A stretch of DNA of 64,000 bases, taken from the NCBI RefSeq assembly GCF_006345805.1, contig NC_043003.1:50468001-50532000 (forward strand), in the 5' to 3' direction. The translations under genes were made by a program, and so were the position numbers. Positions 23,420-36,324 of this stretch are shown one piece after another. The notes beneath the pieces were generated by a model, which did no database searches, was not told the origin of the DNA, and saw only the letters and a program-made list of their open reading frames with translations. The stretch comes from Octopus sinensis. Taxonomy: Eukaryota. Positions within the stretch are counted from its first letter, which is position 1. Every line of letters begins with the position of its first letter.

Positions 23420-23797
23420 CATCATCTTTTACTTGCTTGTCATTAGACAGCTGCCATGCTGGAACAACACATTGAAGAGTTTTAGCCGAACGAATCGACT
23501 CCAAAACTTTTTTAAGACTAGCACTTATTCCATCGATCTGTTTTTGTCGAACTGCTAATGTACGGCGAGGTAAACACACCGATACCGGTTGTCAAGCAGT
23601 GGAGGGACAAGAAAACGCACGCACACACACACACGATGGGCCTGTATCAGTTTCTAGTCTATCAAATCCACTCGCAAGTCTTTTAGCCGGTTCAGGATTA
23701 TAGTACAAGATACTTGCCAGGGTAGCACGCAGCCAGATTGAACCCGAAACCATGTGGTTAGGAAGCAAGCTTTTTACTATACAACTATGCCTGCGCC
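23420..23797 (-). mobile_element. SINE family A, full length, diverged
   Basis: Both modules are present around a short CA spacer. Confidence 0.8.
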
Positions 23798-23828
23798 CCC
23801 ACACACACAAACACACACACACATACAC

Positions 23829-23894
<66 letters not shown>

Positions 23895-23895
<1 letters not shown>

Positions 23896-24237
23896 GGAGG
23901 AGGAGACCCCCTTCGGTCATGAATGACCATGGGATTGCATCTAGAAAGTTACCCTCCAAAGCACAAGTGAGGGCAAGATTGTTTGTGGAAGGCCAGCAGT
24001 CGCCCATGCATACCAGCCTCCCCTCTTCACAGCACTGATGTTATCCAAGGGAAAGACAAAGGTCGATACAGCTTGGCACCAATGACGTCGCAACTCATTT
24101 CTACAGCTGAGTTAACTGGAGCAACGTGAAATAAAGTGTCTTGCTCAAGAACCCAACACACAGCCCGGTCCCGGAATCGAACTCACAATCTCACGATCGT
24201 GAACTCTACGCTCTAACCACTGAGCCATGCACCTTCA
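23895..24237 (-). mobile_element. tRNA-derived SINE family D
   Basis: Reverse complement tgaaggtgcatggctcagtggttagag...gagttcgattccggg; homologous to 40873-41177. Confidence 0.88.
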
Positions 24238-24263
24238 TATATATGTGTATATATATGTGTGTA

Positions 24264-24294
<31 letters not shown>

Positions 24295-24297
24295 ATG

Positions 24298-24334
<37 letters not shown>

Positions 24335-24874
24335 GTATATGCATGTACACAAACACACACACCCACACACATACACATGCAGGCACACACAGAGGCACTC
24401 ACATCCGCCACATGTCAAAGCGACCTGTAGAATCGTGTTTTAAATCATTGCTTTGCCTTGGGAGGAAATATATACTATGTCATATGGCTTTGTAACTCAA
24501 GCTTTTATATATTACTGTTTGTATATTTGATGAATGTTTAATAACGGCTATTTTGGTGCATTTTGGTTAAGAACTGATCATCCTTCAACAAGGCTTCCTC
24601 TCCGCTGTGGTACCGGATATCGGTGTGGTTCATAGTGATGATGGCTGGTAAATCATGAGGGTTGTTATATTAGTGGTAGTGGTAGTGGTAGTGGTAGTGG
24701 TAGTGATGGCGAGGGTAGCTATGGTGGTTGGAAAATTTGGGAGTTGCTATTGTCGCGGTGAGAGTGAGAATCGCTAGCACGGTGATGGTTGTAGTAGTAA
24801 TTATAGTGGTGGTTGTGATGGGAGATTGTGGTGTTGGTGTTGGTGGCGGCGGCGGTGGTGGTGGTGGTGGTGAT

Positions 24875-25101
24875 GAGCTGGCAGAAACGTTAGCACGCCG
24901 GGCGAAATGCTTAACGGTATTTCGTCTGCCGTTACGTTCTGAGTTCAAATTCCGCCGAGGTCGACTTTGCCTTTCATCCTTTCGGGGTCGATTAAATAAG
25001 TACCAGTTACGCACTGGGGTCGATATAATCGACTTAATCCGTGTATCTGTCCTTGTTTGTTCCCTCTGTATTTAGCCTCTCGTGGGTAGTAAAGAAATAG
25101 G
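24875..25101 (+). mobile_element. SINE family B, young, inserted in (GGT)n
   Basis: Near-identical to 17654-17886. Confidence 0.9.
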
Positions 25102-26009
25102 TTGTGGTGGTGGTGATGGTAGTGTTGATGGTGATGTTCGTGGTTGTGATGAAGTTGTTTCTGTTGTTGTCAGTGGCGGTTGGTGGTGTTGTTGTTGTTG
25201 TTGCTGGTGGTAGTTGTGGTGTTAGTGTTGTTGTTTGTGGTGGTGATGGTGATTCTGCTGCTGGGGGTGCATCTGTTACTTCTGTCGTTGATAGTGTGGG
25301 TGGTTGTGGTGGTGATGGTGGTTGTAGCGGTGGTGGTGGTGGTGGTGGTGGTGGTGGTGATAGTGATGTCATGGCTGTGGTGAAGTTGCTTTTATTGCTG
25401 TCGGTGGTGCGGTTGGTGGTGGAGGTGTTGTTTGTGGTTGTTGTTGTTGTTGTGGTGGTGGTGGTGGTGCTGCTGCTGCAGATGGTGATGATAATGGTAG
25501 TGTCGTTGGTTGTGTAAGTGGTCATCGTGGTGGTAGTGGTGGTGGTGGTGGTGGTGGTGGTGGTGGTGGTGGTGTGGTGGTGGTGGTGTGGTTATGTTTT
25601 TGTGCTGGTACTGTTATTATTGTTGGTTAGTGGTAGTGGTGGTGCTGATGATGGTAGTAGTAGTGATGAGGCTGAATTTTAGTGGCTGTGGTGAGCGTTG
25701 CTATAATGGCTGTAGAGATGACGGTAACCATAGTTCTGACGTCACTCAATACCGCTAAGTGTTGATGATGTTGAAGGCTTTGTCATTTTGGTAATTACCA
25801 TGGTTTTAATTAATGATGACGAAGACCCATGATGGCGGTAGTAGTGATGAAGCTGCCTGTTACTATGGTGTTGCTATGCTGTAGTACAGTGCTTTTCAAA
25901 CTATCTGATGTGGCGTACCGGCAGTTTTTCCCCAATGTGTCCAACACCGGTAATATTTCTTAGTAATATTAATTTATACCGGAAACAATATATATATAAT
26001 GAATATAAT

Positions 26010-26800
26010 AAAAGTTGACATTGAGTGTTGCTATGGCGACACCGGCAGCGGTAATGGTTAGTGTTGCTATAGTGAGGCGCTATGTGTTGGTGATGGCGAG
26101 GTTTGGGATGATGCTAATGACGATGACTGTGGCTATAGCGGCGGTAGTAAACGTTGCTATGGTGAGGGGGCGTTATGATTTGATGGTGAGGTTTGCGATA
26201 GTCGCACAAGCGTTGAGTGTTGCTGTGGCGACGGTGGTAGTAAATGTTCCTGTAGTGAAGAACGCCATGTGCTGGAGAGGATAATGGTGAGGTTTGCGAT
26301 GGTAACAATAACGTTCAGTGACGTCATGCCGACGGCAATGGTGAGCGTCGCCATAGTAATGAACGCTGTGTGTTGATGATGATGGGGTTTGTAATAGTGG
26401 CATTGATGTTGAGTATTGCTATGGCGACGGTGATAATGAGTGTGTCTATGGTGCTGGTGATAGTGGGGTTTGCGGCGGTAGCAGTGATGTTAAGTGTTGC
26501 TACGGTGACAGCGGTGTTGTGTGTTGCTATGGTGAAGAATGCCATGTGTTTATAATGGTGGATTTTGTGATGGTGGTAATGACGTCAAGTGTTGCTACAG
26601 AGACAGTAGTGTATGTTGCTATGGCGAAGAACGCTATAATTTGATGGTGAAGTTTTCTATGGTGACAGTGACGTTGGGCGTTGCAATGGCGGCAGCTATA
26701 GCGCGTGTTGTTATGGCGATGGCTGTAGTACGAACTCCAACGGTAACGGATACTATGTCATTTGTGATAGTGTTGATGATGGTGGTGGTTACGGCGAGGG
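26010..26800 (+). repeat. Degenerate ~90-100 bp minisatellite, about 8 units
   Basis: Recurring atggtgaggtttgcgat...gagtgttgctatggcgacgg...tgttgctatggtgaagaacgc, with unit starts near 26093, 26184, 26284, 26380, 26459, 26555 and 26644. Confidence 0.7.
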
Positions 26801-28197
26801 TTGGTTGCTAATGTGTTAGAGTTGGTGTCAGTAACGAATGTGGTGGTTGTAGTGAACGAATGTTGTTGTGAGGATTGCTGTGGAATCACTGTTTGTATTG
26901 TTAGGGATTATATGCTGGCGATGAGGAAAAGTGTTGTTATGGTTTTGGTGAAGATAAGGACTGCGATGATGGTTGCGATGACGACTGCTGTGCTGGTGGT
27001 GTTGGAGCTACATTGATGGTGGTGGTGGTGGTGGTGGTAGCAGAAGTGGTGGATGGTGTTAGTGAGAGGTACTGGGTGGTGGTGATGGTGGTGGTGGTGG
27101 TGGTGGTGGTAGTAGTGGTGGTTGTTGTTGTTGTTGTTGTTGTTGTTGTGGTGGTGGTGGTGGTGGTGGTGGTGGTGGTTGTTGTGGTTGTGGTGATGGT
27201 GGAGGGTGCTAAGTGAGTGGCTGTCGCTAGAGAGTAGCTAAGTTATGAGTTATTATTTGTAATGTTGAAGATGATGATGATGATGACGCTGATGGTATAT
27301 GAGACATTGTTGCGTGCGACACTGATGAGGCTCAGAAGGAAAAGGAGGAAAAGGAGGAAAAGGAGGAGGAGGAGCAGCAGCAGCAGGTGGTGGGTGAAAA
27401 GATTTAGATGATGATTATAGTTGTCATCATTATCATCACCATCATCGACATCATTACCATGGGTAACACTTTCTGCAGTCATAATGATGTAGGAGGAAGT
27501 ACAATCTGCAGTGGTGGTGGTGGTGGTGGTGGTGGTGGTGGGGATTGAGAGAGTGGTAGGGATGGTGTAAATAGTTCATGGTAATAGTCGTGGTGATGGT
27601 GGTGATAATGGTAGTGGTGATAATGACGGGCAGCAGCGAGTATGGTAGAGGTGGCTGTGGCGGCGGCGGAGGGGGGGGGGGACGGAGGTGAGAGTGAAAG
27701 CGGTGGAGGTGGTGGAAGCGGCAGTGACAATGGTGGTGGTGGTGGTGGTGGTGGTGGTGATGAGGGGCGGAGGCGGCAGCGACAGTGGTGGTGGAGGTGG
27801 TGGTGGTGGTAGTTGTGGTTGTGTTGGTGCTGGTTGTGGTTGTGGTGGTGGTAGTGGTGGTGGTGGTGGTGGTAGTGGTGGTGGTGGTGGTAGTGGTGGT
27901 GGAAGCGGCAGCGACAGTGGTGGTGATGAAGGTAGTGGTGGTGGTGGTGGTGTCGCTGTTTTTTTTGCAATTGGAGGAAAAATACCCGACCTATTTGGAT
28001 TTCCTCTTTGCGTTACTAAGCATTTCCGTTCGGAATTTGAAATCTAAAAAAGAAATTATATACAAACTAAGAAGCAATAGATGCAATTCCTTTATTTCAA
28101 TATATTCTTGCAGACACTTTGACAGTATAGCTTCAATATACAGCTGCAAACGTTACTGCTTTTGCTCTTCTTGCTGTTGTTGCCGCTGCTACTCTTG

Positions 28198-28686
28198 TCT
28201 TCTTCTTCTTCTTCTTCCAATCAAGACTCACGCCATTAGCCACAAAGAATAATCTCCAATTCGGGCTTACTCTAAACTACTAAGAATGCGTGTGGCAACT
28301 TGAAGATCCAACCACCGCACGCGATAGACTGGCGGTTGCACGGGCGCGAAAGCTACGTTGTTATCCTCATTCCGTAAACGGTGGCTATTAACGGGTGGAG
28401 ACCTGAACCATCCTAGAGTACAGAGGATTCGCAATAGGTCTGAAAGTTTTACCACACCATAGTGGGTTACACCATGGTTCCTCTGCTTTGTCAGAAGTAG
28501 GAAGAAAGAGTGAGAGAAAGTTGTGGTGAAAGAATACAGCGGGGTTCACTCCCATCCCCGCCGGAGCCTCGTGGAGCTTAGGTATTTTTGCTCAATAAAC
28601 ACTCACAATGCCTGGTCTGGGAATCGAAACCGCATTCTTACGACCGCGAGTCCGCTGCCCTAACCACTGGGCCATTGCGCCTCCAC
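28198..28686 (-). mobile_element. SINE family C (tail type 2, ending in (GAA)n)
   Basis: Head and central domain as at 63760, followed by a distinct ~280-bp tail. Confidence 0.82.
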
Positions 28687-29097
28687 ACTGCTGTTGTTGT
28701 TGTTGTTAATGGTATTAGTGGTTGTGGTGGTGGTGATGGTATACTGTACCTTACGCATTTCTGGCACGAATCAAACTACCACTTCTACCATTGCAACTGT
28801 TACTTCTAGAGTGTAAATGAAGAGAAGGGGGAAAGAAAAGAGGATTATTATTTTTGTAGGGGGAGGAGAAAAGAGACGAGGAGAAGAAAGAGAAGAGTTG
28901 TGGACAATCCTGATGAGAACTACGATAACCAGTCTTCTGTTTGCAATGATGGCCATTGAAGTATAAAGCGTCTGTTACTGCTTCTGCTTCCGCTGCTGCT
29001 GCTACTGCGGCCACTACTACTGCAGCATCTCTTTACAGACTTTGCATCTCACTTTTGACCATCAGTCATGTGCCTGTGTTAGCGACAATTATTACTG

Positions 29098-29133
<36 letters not shown>

Positions 29134-29164
29134 CATCATCATCATCATCATCATCATTATCATC

Positions 29165-29205
<41 letters not shown>

Positions 29206-29215
29206 TATTATCATT

Positions 29216-29511
29216 GAGTGGGAGAGCAGTGCATGCCATCAAAGTGACACTGAGGTAAAATACACGAAGCCCAGTATACCCATCATGACTACCCGTCTGA
29301 TAAGGGTATACCAGGCACATACATCACAACCACATGTGCATGATATGGTGATCTTATATCAAGATAAACAGCACATGACCTTGCAGGTGGGGCCCAGTTA
29401 GAATTCCTTCTGGTCAAGTAACCCATCCTGCTCGAAAGGTCCCTGAATAAGGGTTGTTTAAGGATGTTGAACGAAACACCCATGTTTCCAGAGGTGAATT
29501 ATCCAAACCCC
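29216..29511 (-). mobile_element. Family E element, truncated copy in (ATT)n
   Basis: Reverse complement of ~11920-12216; (ATT)n on both sides. Confidence 0.8.
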
Positions 29512-29519
29512 TATTATTA

Positions 29520-29555
<36 letters not shown>

Positions 29556-29577
29556 CATTATTATTATTATTGGATAA

Positions 29578-29790
29578 AGCAGCGAGCTGGACGAAATGCT
29601 TAGCGGTATTTCACCCATCGCAACGTTTTGTGTTCAAATTCCGCCGGAGTCAACTTCGCCGTTCATCCTTTCGGGATCGATAGATTAAGTACCAGTGAAG
29701 CACTGTAGGAGTGAGGGGTGTCATGCAATCGACCATTTCCCTCCCCAAAATTTCAGGCCTTATTTCTATAGTAGGATTATTATTATTATT
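29578..29790 (+). mobile_element. SINE family B (older subfamily)
   Basis: gcgagctgg...aaatgcttagcggtatttc...ttcaaattccgcc...gccgttcatcctttcggg. Confidence 0.8.
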
Positions 29791-29839
29791 TGTGATTTGA
29801 CTCAGGTTCGTTCTATTTTAGGATAAATAATATGCGTAT

Positions 29840-30110
<271 letters not shown>

Positions 30111-30112
30111 AA

Positions 30113-30310
30113 CTAAATTCCTCCCAGGTCGACTTTACCTCTCATCTTTTCGAGGTCGATAAAATAAGTACCAGTTGAATACTGAGGTCGATGAAATCGA
30201 CTTATCCCTCCCCCGAACTTGTTGGCCTCGTGCCAAAATTTGACGTGATTATTATCCTTATTAAATTGGCAAACTAGCAGAATCGTTAGCACGCCAGGAA
30301 AAATGCGTTC
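30113..30310 (-). mobile_element. SINE family B-related composite
   Basis: Family B body segment on the plus strand (gtcgactttacctctcatc...) adjoining a ggcaaactagcagaatcgttagcacgcc head. The arrangement is rearranged, so the strand call is tentative. Confidence 0.5.
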
Positions 30311-30382
30311 GGGTTGACTAAAACCATGAATAGTTTCCAGAAATACTTGAGCTGACAGCACTTTTGAGAGGTACTGCAGTTT

Positions 30383-30630
30383 CAAGATAAACTCTACAGG
30401 TACGATACTGTCCGAAATGCACGCTGAGCGACGAAACTGTATTGCATGTACTTGTGAAGGGTCCTAACATTACTGGCTTGTAGAATTATGTCGAACAGCT
30501 GTTGCCGCATGCAAAACGAATCAGATTATCGGCCATGTCCAGCGTGAAGATCGCCACACCACCTTTCTTTAATAAGATTGGACAGGGAGTTTTCCTCTGT
30601 ATAGCAAGTATGCTGAAGGAGCTGAAAACT
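30383..30630 (+). mobile_element. L1/Tx1-like LINE C-terminal zinc-knuckle relic
   Basis: DKLYR then CPKCTLSDETVLHVLVKGPNITGL*NYVEQLL...RIRLS...VFLCIASMLKE, resembling the zf-RVT motif CP.C...ET..H....C. Confidence 0.7.
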
Positions 30631-30819
30631 TCTTGGCTTTAAGTGTGTCGCGAAACGCCTGGCTGGAGACCCAACATTCCTACTCCATTTACAGGGCTTA
30701 GAAAAACTGAAGGACCGCTGCCATGAACATGTGAATCTGAGACGCGAATATTATCGATTTGTCGAACTAAACTGTTCATGACTGTGTCCCAACAGAACTT
30801 CTATCCAATGACTGATACA

Positions 30820-31230
30820 AATAAAATAATACTTTCTATTATAGGCACTATCCTTGAAATTGATGCAGGAAGAGGTTAGTCGATTACACCGACCCCTGTA
30901 CTCAGCTGGAACTAATTTTATTGACTTCCAAAAAGGCAAGGTCGATCTTGGAGGAATTTGAGCTCAGAGCGTAAAGACGGAGGAAATGCGACTTAGCATT
31001 TTTATAAAAGTAAGATAATCTATTCTACTATAGGCACAAGGCCTGAAATTTAGGAGCAGGGGAATAGCCGATTACAATGACCACAGTGCGAAACTGGTGT
31101 TTATTTTATAAACCCCGAGAGGATGAAAGGCAAAGTTGACCTTGACGGAATTTGAACTCAGGACATCAAGGCAGACGAAAGCCGCTAAGAATTTTGTCCG
31201 ATGAGCTAGCGATTCCGCCAAGCTCGCCTA
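30820..31230 (-). mobile_element. Two adjacent decayed SINE family B copies
   Basis: Two occurrences of aaggcaa(a)gt(t/c)ga(t/c)cttg.cggaattt.a.ctcag. Confidence 0.7.
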
Positions 31231-31730
31231 TAATAATAAAAGAATAAACGAGATTTCTCTCACCATTGTAAATTTGTGTCATTTAACTCAATACAGGTAT
31301 CAAGATGGGTTGAATGTGCGAAACAAATTATTCTTTCTGAGTTCAAAACTAACTGGTTTTATTTTTTAAACTTTTACGAGGACATATCCAGAGACAACAC
31401 AATAAATACCAACAATATACTGTTGAATTGCAAAGTGCCAGTAGAGCGATTATTTTATCCACTTAAAGAAGCTCTACTCAACGTTAATTTATCGTTTATG
31501 ACGTTTTGTATCATTGATTAGCTGTGTTACCAATCAGTAGCTTTGGCTGCTAATGCTGCGGCTGCTGCGACTACTGCGGCTGCTAATGCTGCTAGTGTTG
31601 TTTTTGGTGTCATTGTTATTTATTTGCGTTGACATTAGTGTATAAACTGTCACGCTAATAAACTATTTATTATTCACTTTATTTGAAAGAATCGCAAATT
31701 TATTTGAAAGTAACTTGCCGTAGTATATTC

Positions 31731-31873
31731 GGAGACATTACATGGCTGTGCGATTAAGATTTTTGTTTTACAACCACGTGACACATAGGATAAGTGTCTA
31801 CTACTATAGCCTCGGGCTGGCTAAAGACTTCAGGGTGCTTTTGGTTGGCGGAAAGTGCGGGGAGGCCCGTTAT
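31731..31873 (+). mobile_element. Old SINE family A 5' module
   Basis: tggctgtgcg...aagtgtctactactatagcctcggg...gaggcccgt. Confidence 0.65.
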
Positions 31874-31918
31874 ATGCGTGTGTGAGTATGTGTGTGTTTG
31901 TGTTTGTATGCGTGTCTA

Positions 31919-31958
<40 letters not shown>

Positions 31959-32121
31959 TACATACACACACACGCATATGGTGTAGATAGACAGCCAACA
32001 ACTGTGGAAAGGTCGTGCTTTGTGTTACTTGTCCTGTTTTCCATTTGTTTCTCTCGTTGTTTGCGTATTGAACTCATTTGTTTCCGTATTTCATGTTGTT
32101 TACTGTTGGTGACGTCCTGTA

Positions 32122-32164
<43 letters not shown>

Positions 32165-32539
32165 GCACACTGTGTAACTCAGTACACACACCATACACAT
32201 GCACACTGTTTGGTCACAGACACACAGACACACATATGTACACGCACCACGTGAAAAAGCACACCTTAAATGCTACACACAACACTTACATATATTCACA
32301 CTCACCATTCTCACATATACACACACGCACGTTCACCTTCATTTGGGATCACCAGCACTTTATTAGCTCCCTTTCTTTCAAACTTTCAAAGATGTTCTTA
32401 TCTCGTCACCCAAACCTTCTCCATTGCTGGAGAAAAAGATGCTGTAAATTAATGGTTTTCCTATGGCTTTTCTCACGGCACAATATACCCGAGAGTGGGA
32501 AAGAGACAGAAACACAGAAAGGTTCACAGACAAACAGGA

Positions 32540-32700
32540 GAGGCAACGTCTGTTCGTCCTGCGTTCAAATTCCGCCGAGGTTGACTTCCCCTTTCGTCCT
32601 TTCGGAGTCGATAAAGTATGTGCCAGTTGAGTTCTAGGATCGAGGTAATTGACTAGCCTCCTTCCCCGAGATTGCTGGCCTTGTGCCAAAGTTTGAAACC
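32540..32700 (+). mobile_element. SINE family B (decayed)
   Basis: gttcaaattccgccgaggttgacttcccctttcgtcctttcggagtcgataaa. Confidence 0.75.
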
Positions 32701-34914
32701 AACATTATTTACTTATTTGTAAGAATGGAAGGTTAGCTTAACTTCGGCAGCATTTGAACTCAGATCAAAGAAAACAGGAGTAAATATCACAAGGCATTTT
32801 ACTGGATGCTCTAACAACTCTGCTAGATGAAATGTTGCGTCTATTTTTTGTCCACTGATTTAAAAGCATTGGAAACATAGGGAATCACAAGACTAGACCC
32901 TGTATAATAAATATCTCTGTTCTTCTACATTGTTCAAACACTTTTGGAATTGACTTGAGTTTTCATATTTCAATATCGATAAAATAAAACACCTGCATTT
33001 TATTCCCAATAATTAAGTGGTGATGTAACTCGTTTCTACAAATTCCTGGTTTTTACTATTATTTCAATTAATGATGTAGCCCTTACTTGCCACCCATGGA
33101 ATCAACGAGAACAAATTTACAATATATTTGATTCTAGGGAGAAGTAATAAAATAAATCATTAATAACAATGTAACTCCATCGTGGGTGGCAACATTAAAC
33201 TGAATAGCCGGAAGCTTAGTGTAACCGGAAATTTATTGTTAAAGCATTACTTGCCACCATCATGTCCGTCATTATTAACCCCTCCAACACTAACCACCAG
33301 ATCCGCCATCACTACTGCCGCAATGTGTACACTGATGTCGACACTTCAGTGTTTGTCTAGCTTTGGGTGCGATAATTTGGTAATTAGGATATTTAGATAG
33401 CATTTTCTCTTTTTTCCTTCCTCTAAAATTTGCTGCTTCAGTCTTTAAATATAATTTTCGATTCAATTTGTTTCCTCTTTATAATTTTTTTTTTCGTTTT
33501 ACTTCTTAATTGCATTTATTCGTTTATTCATTCATCTTTCGTCTTGAAATTTCAAATTGATAAAACTGAGATGTTTCTATAAAGAAGTCACCAACGATGA
33601 TTGTATGGCAAATTTAAATTCAAAGTAAATCCACATCGAATGGGAGTTAAATTAAAATTCCAAAGTCAGATTTAAATTAAAATTCCAATATCAGATTTTT
33701 AAGTGTGCCTTACCATTCGTTTCCATCCCACTCTTCACCCAAATACACCAAGTCAATTTGCAAAACTATCTCAGTTTCATCAAATTTTAAAAGCTATTTT
33801 ACAAAACTATGTCCATATTTTTAAACAAGCTAAACAGAAGAGAAAATGCTTAAAGAATCTTAATCGAAATTCATCTCCCAGTTTGATATTTAGTAAATTT
33901 AAAAATCATTTGCTTGAGTGGCTAAGATCAGTGGATGGATGTCAAAATCGTAAGATATGGGGCAAAATACTTTGATCATATTTATCAACGTCTTTTTACT
34001 TTCTAAGTTCAAACCTAGCGGAAGTCGACTTCGCTTTCTTCCTACTTGAGTCGATGAAACATGGTGCCTGTATATCATCATAACTATTAGAAATCCTTAT
34101 TAAGACAGTGGGTGGTGAAGGATTCTATCCCGGTCATCCTTCCCACCGTTTCTTTACGCGGTACACTACAACAATTAAACGCAAAGCTGGCTTTGGTGAA
34201 TCTCTTATTAAGATTATTCGAAATTGTTTGGCTGAATTGGTATCTTGTGTTTGTCCCAAGAGTTGGATCAATTCATGAATACAGCGACATCTACCATCTG
34301 CTGAAAGGTTAGAATAAAATGTAAATTATCAGAACAATTTTGCGTAAAGCATTCGTTACGTCACGCCTTCCCACACAAGCACTTCTGTAATATATAGGTT
34401 ACATTGTCGGCTGGTCAACTAAATAATGGAACAGTGGAGTATCGTTCAATGTAATCGATAGAAGCCCCAACCAACAGAATTGTTGATCTGGAGCATAATT
34501 AAGCAACTGTGAGGGTGTTGGATTGGTTAAATCTTTAAGAGCGTTGGACAAAATATTTGGCTGTATTTGTTACGATTCTCTGTGCCCTGACTTCAAATCC
34601 CAGAGGGCTTCACTTTGCCTTGTATCCTTTCGGGCTCGATTATATGCAGTAACAATCAAGAACTAGGGTGGGCTTAATCAAATAACTGCCCTCTCAAAAT
34701 TTCGGATATTAAGTTCATGTTCTAAAAATAAATATTATTGTTGAAGGTGGTGAATTTTCTGAATCGTCATAGCATGTGAAGAAAAGCTTCGCAGTATTTT
34801 GTTCCGAAACTTAGATTCTGAGTTCAAATCCCGATAAAAAAAGACTATCAGTCAAGTATAGGGGGCGATAGTATCAACAAAACGCCTCCCCTCAAATTCA
34901 TTAATCAGAAGCCA

Positions 34915-34991
34915 TGTTGGCCCACATAACTCTGCTAAATGCAAATTCCAAAATTTTGACCAAGGTGTTGGCAAAGAAGTTGGCGCTAGTC
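34915..34991 (+). mobile_element. L1/Tx1 RT domain micro-fragment
   Basis: ITLLNANSKILTKVLAKKLALV matches the L1-type motif RPITLLN.D.KIL.K.LA.RL. Confidence 0.55.
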
Positions 34992-35132
34992 TGTTTGTGT
35001 GTGTGTATTCATATATAAATACATACGCGTGCACAAACATATGCATATACATATATATACATAAATAAATACATACATACATACATACATACATACATAC
35101 ATACATACATACTTACACATACATTCATAATA

Positions 35133-36026
35133 CATACTATCTGATCAATAAGTATCCGGACTGTTGCCATAGTAACGAAACTAAAGCACGCAGAGTAGAG
35201 CCACTCGGCAAAAATTAACCCCAACGTCTGTTGTGCATGTGTACTACGTTTCAACATTTTAGCTCACTTCCGCTGTTTACAGTAATGCTTAGAAGGAAGA
35301 TGTGTAGTGTGTGATCGTCACATTGACCTTGACGGAGAAAGTTGAGCAGAGAATCTGCATCTAATTTTGACACAAGCTTGGCAATACCTATTCAATGGCC
35401 TACGCAAAGTTTTCAAAATGTTTTCCTCATTCTCGACACAATCAAGTAGATTGTGTGCAACAGAAACCTGAGTGTCTTTTTGCTCAGCTGAAAGCAGTTT
35501 TCGCAGAAATTTGGCAGACACGTGTCTCATAACTAAATCTTCAGTAACAATGGATTGAACTTGAAGTAATCTGCACATCCTCTGATAACGCACGGATAAT
35601 GATTCGACGATTTCCCCCTCACAGCTGCACGCACATCTGTGATGTTTTTCTCAGTTCTGATGGTTGCGGGTCACTCAGAACGTTCGTCAATATCCAATTT
35701 TTTCGGCCATCTTGGAAATGTCTGAACCACTTGTACACTTGTGTGCGACTCATAAACTTCTCTCCATACACTTCCTACAAAATTGCGCAGGCTTCTTAGC
35801 AGGTATTGCCATGACAACTTTCTCTTTCATGGTCCATGCCATGATCACACGCTACACACGTTCCTTCGAAGCACTGCTGTAAAGAGCAGAAGTAAGCTAA
35901 AACATTAAAACTTAGTGCGCATGCACACCAGAAATCAAGGTCAATGTTTACGAAGCGGCTTCATTCTACGTGATTTAGTTTCGTCACTATAGCAACAGTC
36001 CGGATACTTATTGATCAGACCTCGTA
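35133..36026. mobile_element. Mariner derivative made of two inverted 5' ends
   Basis: TIR tctgatcaataagtatccggactgttgc at both ends. The plus strand at 35133-35410 has 5' UTR plus TEKVEQRICI*F; the minus strand at 36026-35412 has 5' UTR plus transposase N-terminus (MSRTQVYKWFRHFQDG...MRHVSAKFLRKLLSAEQK). Confidence 0.85.
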
Positions 36027-36062
36027 CATGCATATCGATACATGGACACATGTATTAATGTA

Positions 36063-36190
<128 letters not shown>

Positions 36191-36288
36191 GAAGTTTTTA
36201 CGTGTCTTTTTGACCTGCTTGAAGCACTAACAAAATTTCTCTAAAGTCCATTCAGATGTTTGGAATAAAGAAATGTCACATAATATAG

Positions 36289-36324
<36 letters not shown>

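Larger units (their letters stand above)
24650..27960. repeat. G/T-skewed trinucleotide low-complexity domain (GGT/GTT/GAT)n
   Basis: About 3.3 kb of visible compound trinucleotide repeats, and the source of the poly-Val/Gly/His/Pro ORFs. Confidence 0.92.

Noticed and set aside
26010-26800. CRISPR-like repeat-spacer array
   Set aside because: Units are degenerate throughout, with no constant repeat plus unique spacer pattern, no cas genes, and a eukaryotic context.
24670-28252. Poly-Val/Gly/His/Pro/Thr ORFs resembling mucins or His/Gly-rich structural proteins
   Set aside because: They overlap on both strands and in several frames of (GGT/GTT/GAT)n, one runs through a SINE, and stop-free frames are expected from the repeat composition.
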